In this document: piece by piece, positions 60,176 to 64,000 of the stretch
How positions within the stretch are numbered: position 1 is the stretch's first letter
How the letters are laid out: each line of letters begins with the position of its first letter
Assembly (NCBI RefSeq): GCF_964204645.1
Contig: NC_134029.1
Coordinates: 2,852,001-2,916,000 of the forward strand
DNA from: Tubulanus polymorphus
Taxonomy: Eukaryota; Animalia; Nemertea
Reading direction: 5' to 3'
Length of the DNA stretch: 64,000 nucleotides
Translations under genes and position numbers: made by a program
Notes under the pieces: model-generated
The model's database searches: none
The model's input: the letters and a program-made list of their open reading frames with translations, nothing else
What the model was told of the DNA's origin: nothing

Positions 60176-63100
60176 TTAATAGGCGCCGCAGTCGCCACCC
60201 CCTTGTCTACACGTGCCTAGATTTTTACTGGGGTTTTTGCAGTCATTATTGTTACGATCCCTGCAAGCAACCGAATAACCACCACACGTCCAAAAACCTT
60301 TGTATTTACATCTACAAGCCGAACCCTTCTCAGGAACGCTACTGATTCTGCATCCTCCGCGTCCGTAGTCGCAATCACATGGATAACCTTCACAGTCTCC
60401 CCGACCTTCATAGCACGATGAGAAACTTCTATCTGGGTTTTTGCAGTAATCAGAATTCCTATCTCTACAGTCGACGACGTAACCACGACAAGTCCAGGCG
60501 CCTTTATAAACACATCGACAAGCTTTACCAGCTCTGGAAGCCTTACTGATTCGGCATCCGCCCGGTTTATAATCACAATCACAATCATTATGAGGAGCTA
60601 AAAATAGATTTTTTGATGTTAGAATAAAGATACACGTAGAACCACAGTTCCATTTTTGTGGTTTAAGTTTAATCTGGTTCAGTTCCACAATAATGGAATT
60701 ACGTAGACTCTAGGGTCAAGTATTGTACTAGTGCGTTAAATCTGTTTGGCATTTTGCCTCGTTGAACAACTGGACGGTTTGATGTTATACATAAGTGTCG
60801 TACCGACTTCGCAATGTCTACCAGTATATCCATTATTACATTCACATCTATACCCTTGTCCTGCTGCATTCTGAATACATTTGCCAAATCTTCCGCAAGG
60901 TTCGGAGGCGCATTCGTTTATATCTGGTTAAGAAAAATTGTAAAAGATAATGTCAAAATTACTTATTTTCTAATTTTACTTCTTCACGATGCCTGTTATG
61001 CATTATTTTTGAAATACTAACAATTAGAATAGCTTAGACAAGGAAATTATAGCTACATTTGTATGTAAATATCTGTGAAAAAAAATATAGTTAGAAATCT
61101 TCAATCAAATAAGGGGTACCTGTGGCGCAAGTTGATCCAGAATACCCAGTCTTACAGCGACAGTAAAAACCCTGTCCTGCAGCCCTTTGTACACAGGTAC
61201 CTCCATTCTTACAAGGCGTTGATGCGCATTCATTCACATCTGAAATAAGAAATCATTCCACTCCAGATTGATTTCAAATAGAATCGATTCACGTTGTTTC
61301 GTATGATTTGTAATATCATTTCACCTGTTGTACAAGTAGTTCCAGAGAACCCAGTCTTACAGCTACAGTAGTAACCCTGTCCTGCAGCCCTCTGTCTACA
61401 GGTACCTCCATTCTTACAAGGCCTTGGTGCGCATTCGTTCACATCTCAAAAGCGAAAGTTGATTTTAATAATTAAGAGTAATTTCTACAGCTCCATCCAT
61501 CTATTGGTGCTATTTATTTGGAATTTACCTGTTGTACAAGTAGTTCCAGAGAACCCGGTCTTACAGCGACAGTAATAACCCTGTCCCGCAGCCCTCTGTA
61601 CACATGTACCACCATTCTTACAAGGTCTTGGTGCGCATTCGTTCACATCTGAGATTTAGAATATTATCAATGAATTTGCTGAACACGTTTTTGTCGAATC
61701 ATTGATAAAGAATGGTTGTTTCACCTGTTGTACAAGTAGTTCCAGAGAACCCAGTCTTACAGCGACAGTAGTAACCCTGTCCTGCAGCCCTCTGTACACA
61801 GGTACCTCCATTCTTACAAGAATATTTAGAATATTACTTTAGAATATTATGTATTATGTTTGTAACATCACTAAACTAGTAAAACAAGACCCAAATCCAC
61901 AATTCATGGTCAAGTTTGACTCCAGAGAAAGATTTTGATTACTGTTTTCAATGTTGAAATAGAGATTAGTTTTACGCTAGTCAGATCTTAATCACACCTT
62001 TGGAACCGGGTAGGAAATGCTATTGCATCGTGGATGAAGAATGGAATGTAATGTAGTTACCTGTTGTACAAGTTGTTCCAGAGAACCCAGTCTTACAGCG
62101 ACAGTAGTACCCCTGCCCTGCGGCCCTCTGAACACAGGTACCTCCATTTTTACAAGGGTTTGAAGCGCATTCATTCACATCTGAGATTTTAAAACATTAA
62201 ATTTCAAAACATTAAATTGTAAAACATTATGATCAAATTAGCTGAGCAAAATGTTATTGAACTTTTTGATGAAGAATGATCATTTTACCTGTGGTACAAG
62301 TAGTTCCAGAGAACCCAGTCTTACAGCTACAGTAGTAACCCTGTCCTGCAGCCCTCTGTCTACAGGTGCCTCCATTCTTACACGGGTTTGATGCACATTC
62401 GTTCACATCTGAAATTTGTTCATGATTTCAACACGGGTTGAGAACATCATGAATTTGCTGAACAAAATGTTATTGAATCCTTGATAAAGAATGGTTTTAC
62501 CTGTGGTACAAGTTGTTCCGGAGAACCCAGTCTTACAGCGACAGTAGTAACCCTGTCCCGCAGCCCTTTGTACACAGGTACCTCCATTCTTACAAGGCGC
62601 TGATGCGCATTCATTCACATCTGAAATAAGTAATCATTCCACTCTAGATTGATTTCAAATAGAATCGATTCACGTTTTTCGTATGATTTGTAATATCATT
62701 TCACCTGTTGTACAAGTAGTTCCAGAGAACCCAGTCTTGCAGCTACAGTAGTAACCCTGTCCTGCAGCCCTCTGTTTACAGGTACCTCCATTCTTACACG
62801 GGTTTGATGCACATTCGTTCACATCTCAAAAACGAAATTTGATTTTAATAATTAAGATTAATTTCTACAGCTCCATCCATCTATTGGTGCTATCTATTTG
62901 GAATTTACCTGTTGTACAAGTAGTTCCAGAGAACCCGGTCTTACAGCGACAGTAATAACCCTGTCCTGCAGCCCTCTGTACACAGGTACCACCATTCTTA
63001 CAAGGTCTTGGTGCGCATTCGTTCACATCTGAGATTTAGAATATTTTCAATGAATTTGCTGAACACGTTTTTGTCGAATCATTGATAAAGAATGGTTGTT

Positions 63101-64000
63101 TTACCTGTTGTACAAGTAGTTCCAGAGAACCCAGTCTTACAGCGACAGTAGTAACCCTGTCCCGCAGCCCTCTGTGTACAGGAACCTCCATTCTTACACG
63201 GGTTTGGTGCACATTCGTTCACATCTAAGATTTAGAATATTATGTATTATGTTTGTAACATCACTAAACTAGTAAAACAGGACCCAGTTCCACAATTCAT
63301 GGTCAAGTTTGACTCCAGAGAAAGATTTTGATTACTGTTTTCAATGTTGAAATAGAGATTAGTTTTACGCTAGTCAGATCTTAATCACACCTTTGGAACC
63401 GGGTAGGAAATGCTATTGCATCGTGGATAAAGAATGGAATGTAATGTAGTTTTACCTGTTGTACAAGTTGTTCCGGAGAACCCAGTCTTACAGCGACAGT
63501 AGTACCCCTGCCCTGCGGCCCTCTGAACACAGGTACCTCCATTTTTACAAGGGTTTGAAGCGCATTCATTCACATCTGAGATTTTAAAACATTAAATTTT
63601 AAAACATTAAATTTTAAAACATTATGATCAAATTAGCTGAGCAAAATGTTATTTAACTTTTTGATGAAGAATGATCATTTCACCTGTTGTACAAGTAGTT
63701 CCAGAGAACCCAGTCTTACAGCTACAGTAGTAACCCTGTCCTGCAGCCCTCTGTCTACAGGTACCTCCATTCTTACAAGGGTTTGATGCACATTCGTCCA
63801 CATCTGTAATTATTTTATGATTTCAAACCGGGTTGAGAACATCATGGATGAATTTGCTGAACAAAATGTTATTGAATCCTTGAAAAAGAATGGTTTTACC
63901 TGTCTTACAAGTTGTTCCAGAGAACCCAGTCTTACAGCGACAGTAGTAACCCTGCCCTGCGGGCCTCTGAACACAGGTACCTCCATTTTTACAAGGGTTT
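60176..64000 (-). CDS. 3' part of a tandem calcium-binding-type EGF repeat protein ending in two 10-Cys domains
   Basis: Phase 1-1 EGF exons ([40 protein letters not shown]) at ~60808, 61119, 61324, 61528, 62060, 62288, 62500, 62703, 62908, 63103, 63455, 63682 and 63898 (partial), plus a damaged one at ~61723. Last exon 60176-60598. AATAAA at ~60118-60123 (minus). Confidence 0.88.
61119..64000. repeat. Higher-order tandem repeat, ~1.38-1.40 kb unit of six EGF exons with their introns
   Basis: Intron sequences recur at the unit period, e.g. gaaataag.aatcattccact (61242/62623) and tgtaacatcactaaactagt (61861/63254). Confidence 0.92.

Noticed and set aside
61119-64000. CRISPR-like repeat/spacer appearance
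   Set aside because: The repeats are ~120-bp coding EGF exons with GT-AG introns in a eukaryotic gene.

Overview
AT-rich, intron-containing invertebrate DNA (lophotrochozoan-like by gene content; taxon is an inference). Gene order: (1) a subgroup-B thrombospondin on the minus strand, running off the left edge; (2) head-to-head with it, a giant (~5,170 aa) collagen gene on the plus strand encoding a signal peptide, an unrecognised ~190 aa N-domain, ~4,670 residues of almost uninterrupted Gly-X-Thr-dominated triple helix, EGF modules, one transmembrane helix and a tail ending -TRL; (3) an RXFP/LGR type-C receptor (LDLa + 10 LRR + 7TM) with two antisense nested genes in its introns, an intronless rhodopsin-class GPCR and a secreted PAN/apple-like + WSC protein; (4) a ~3.7 kb tandem duplication in which the nested WSC gene survived and the host receptor exons decayed; (5) a TRPC channel on the minus strand; (6) the 3' end of a gene made of homogenised EGF exons in a 6-exon higher-order repeat, ending in two copies of an unnamed 10-Cys domain. 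Non-coding DNA holds Penelope-type minimal hammerhead ribozyme insertions, MITEs and microsatellites. The best candidate for an undescribed system is the membrane-anchored, micron-long Thr-rich collagen. Exon boundaries were read by eye and may be off by a few bases.
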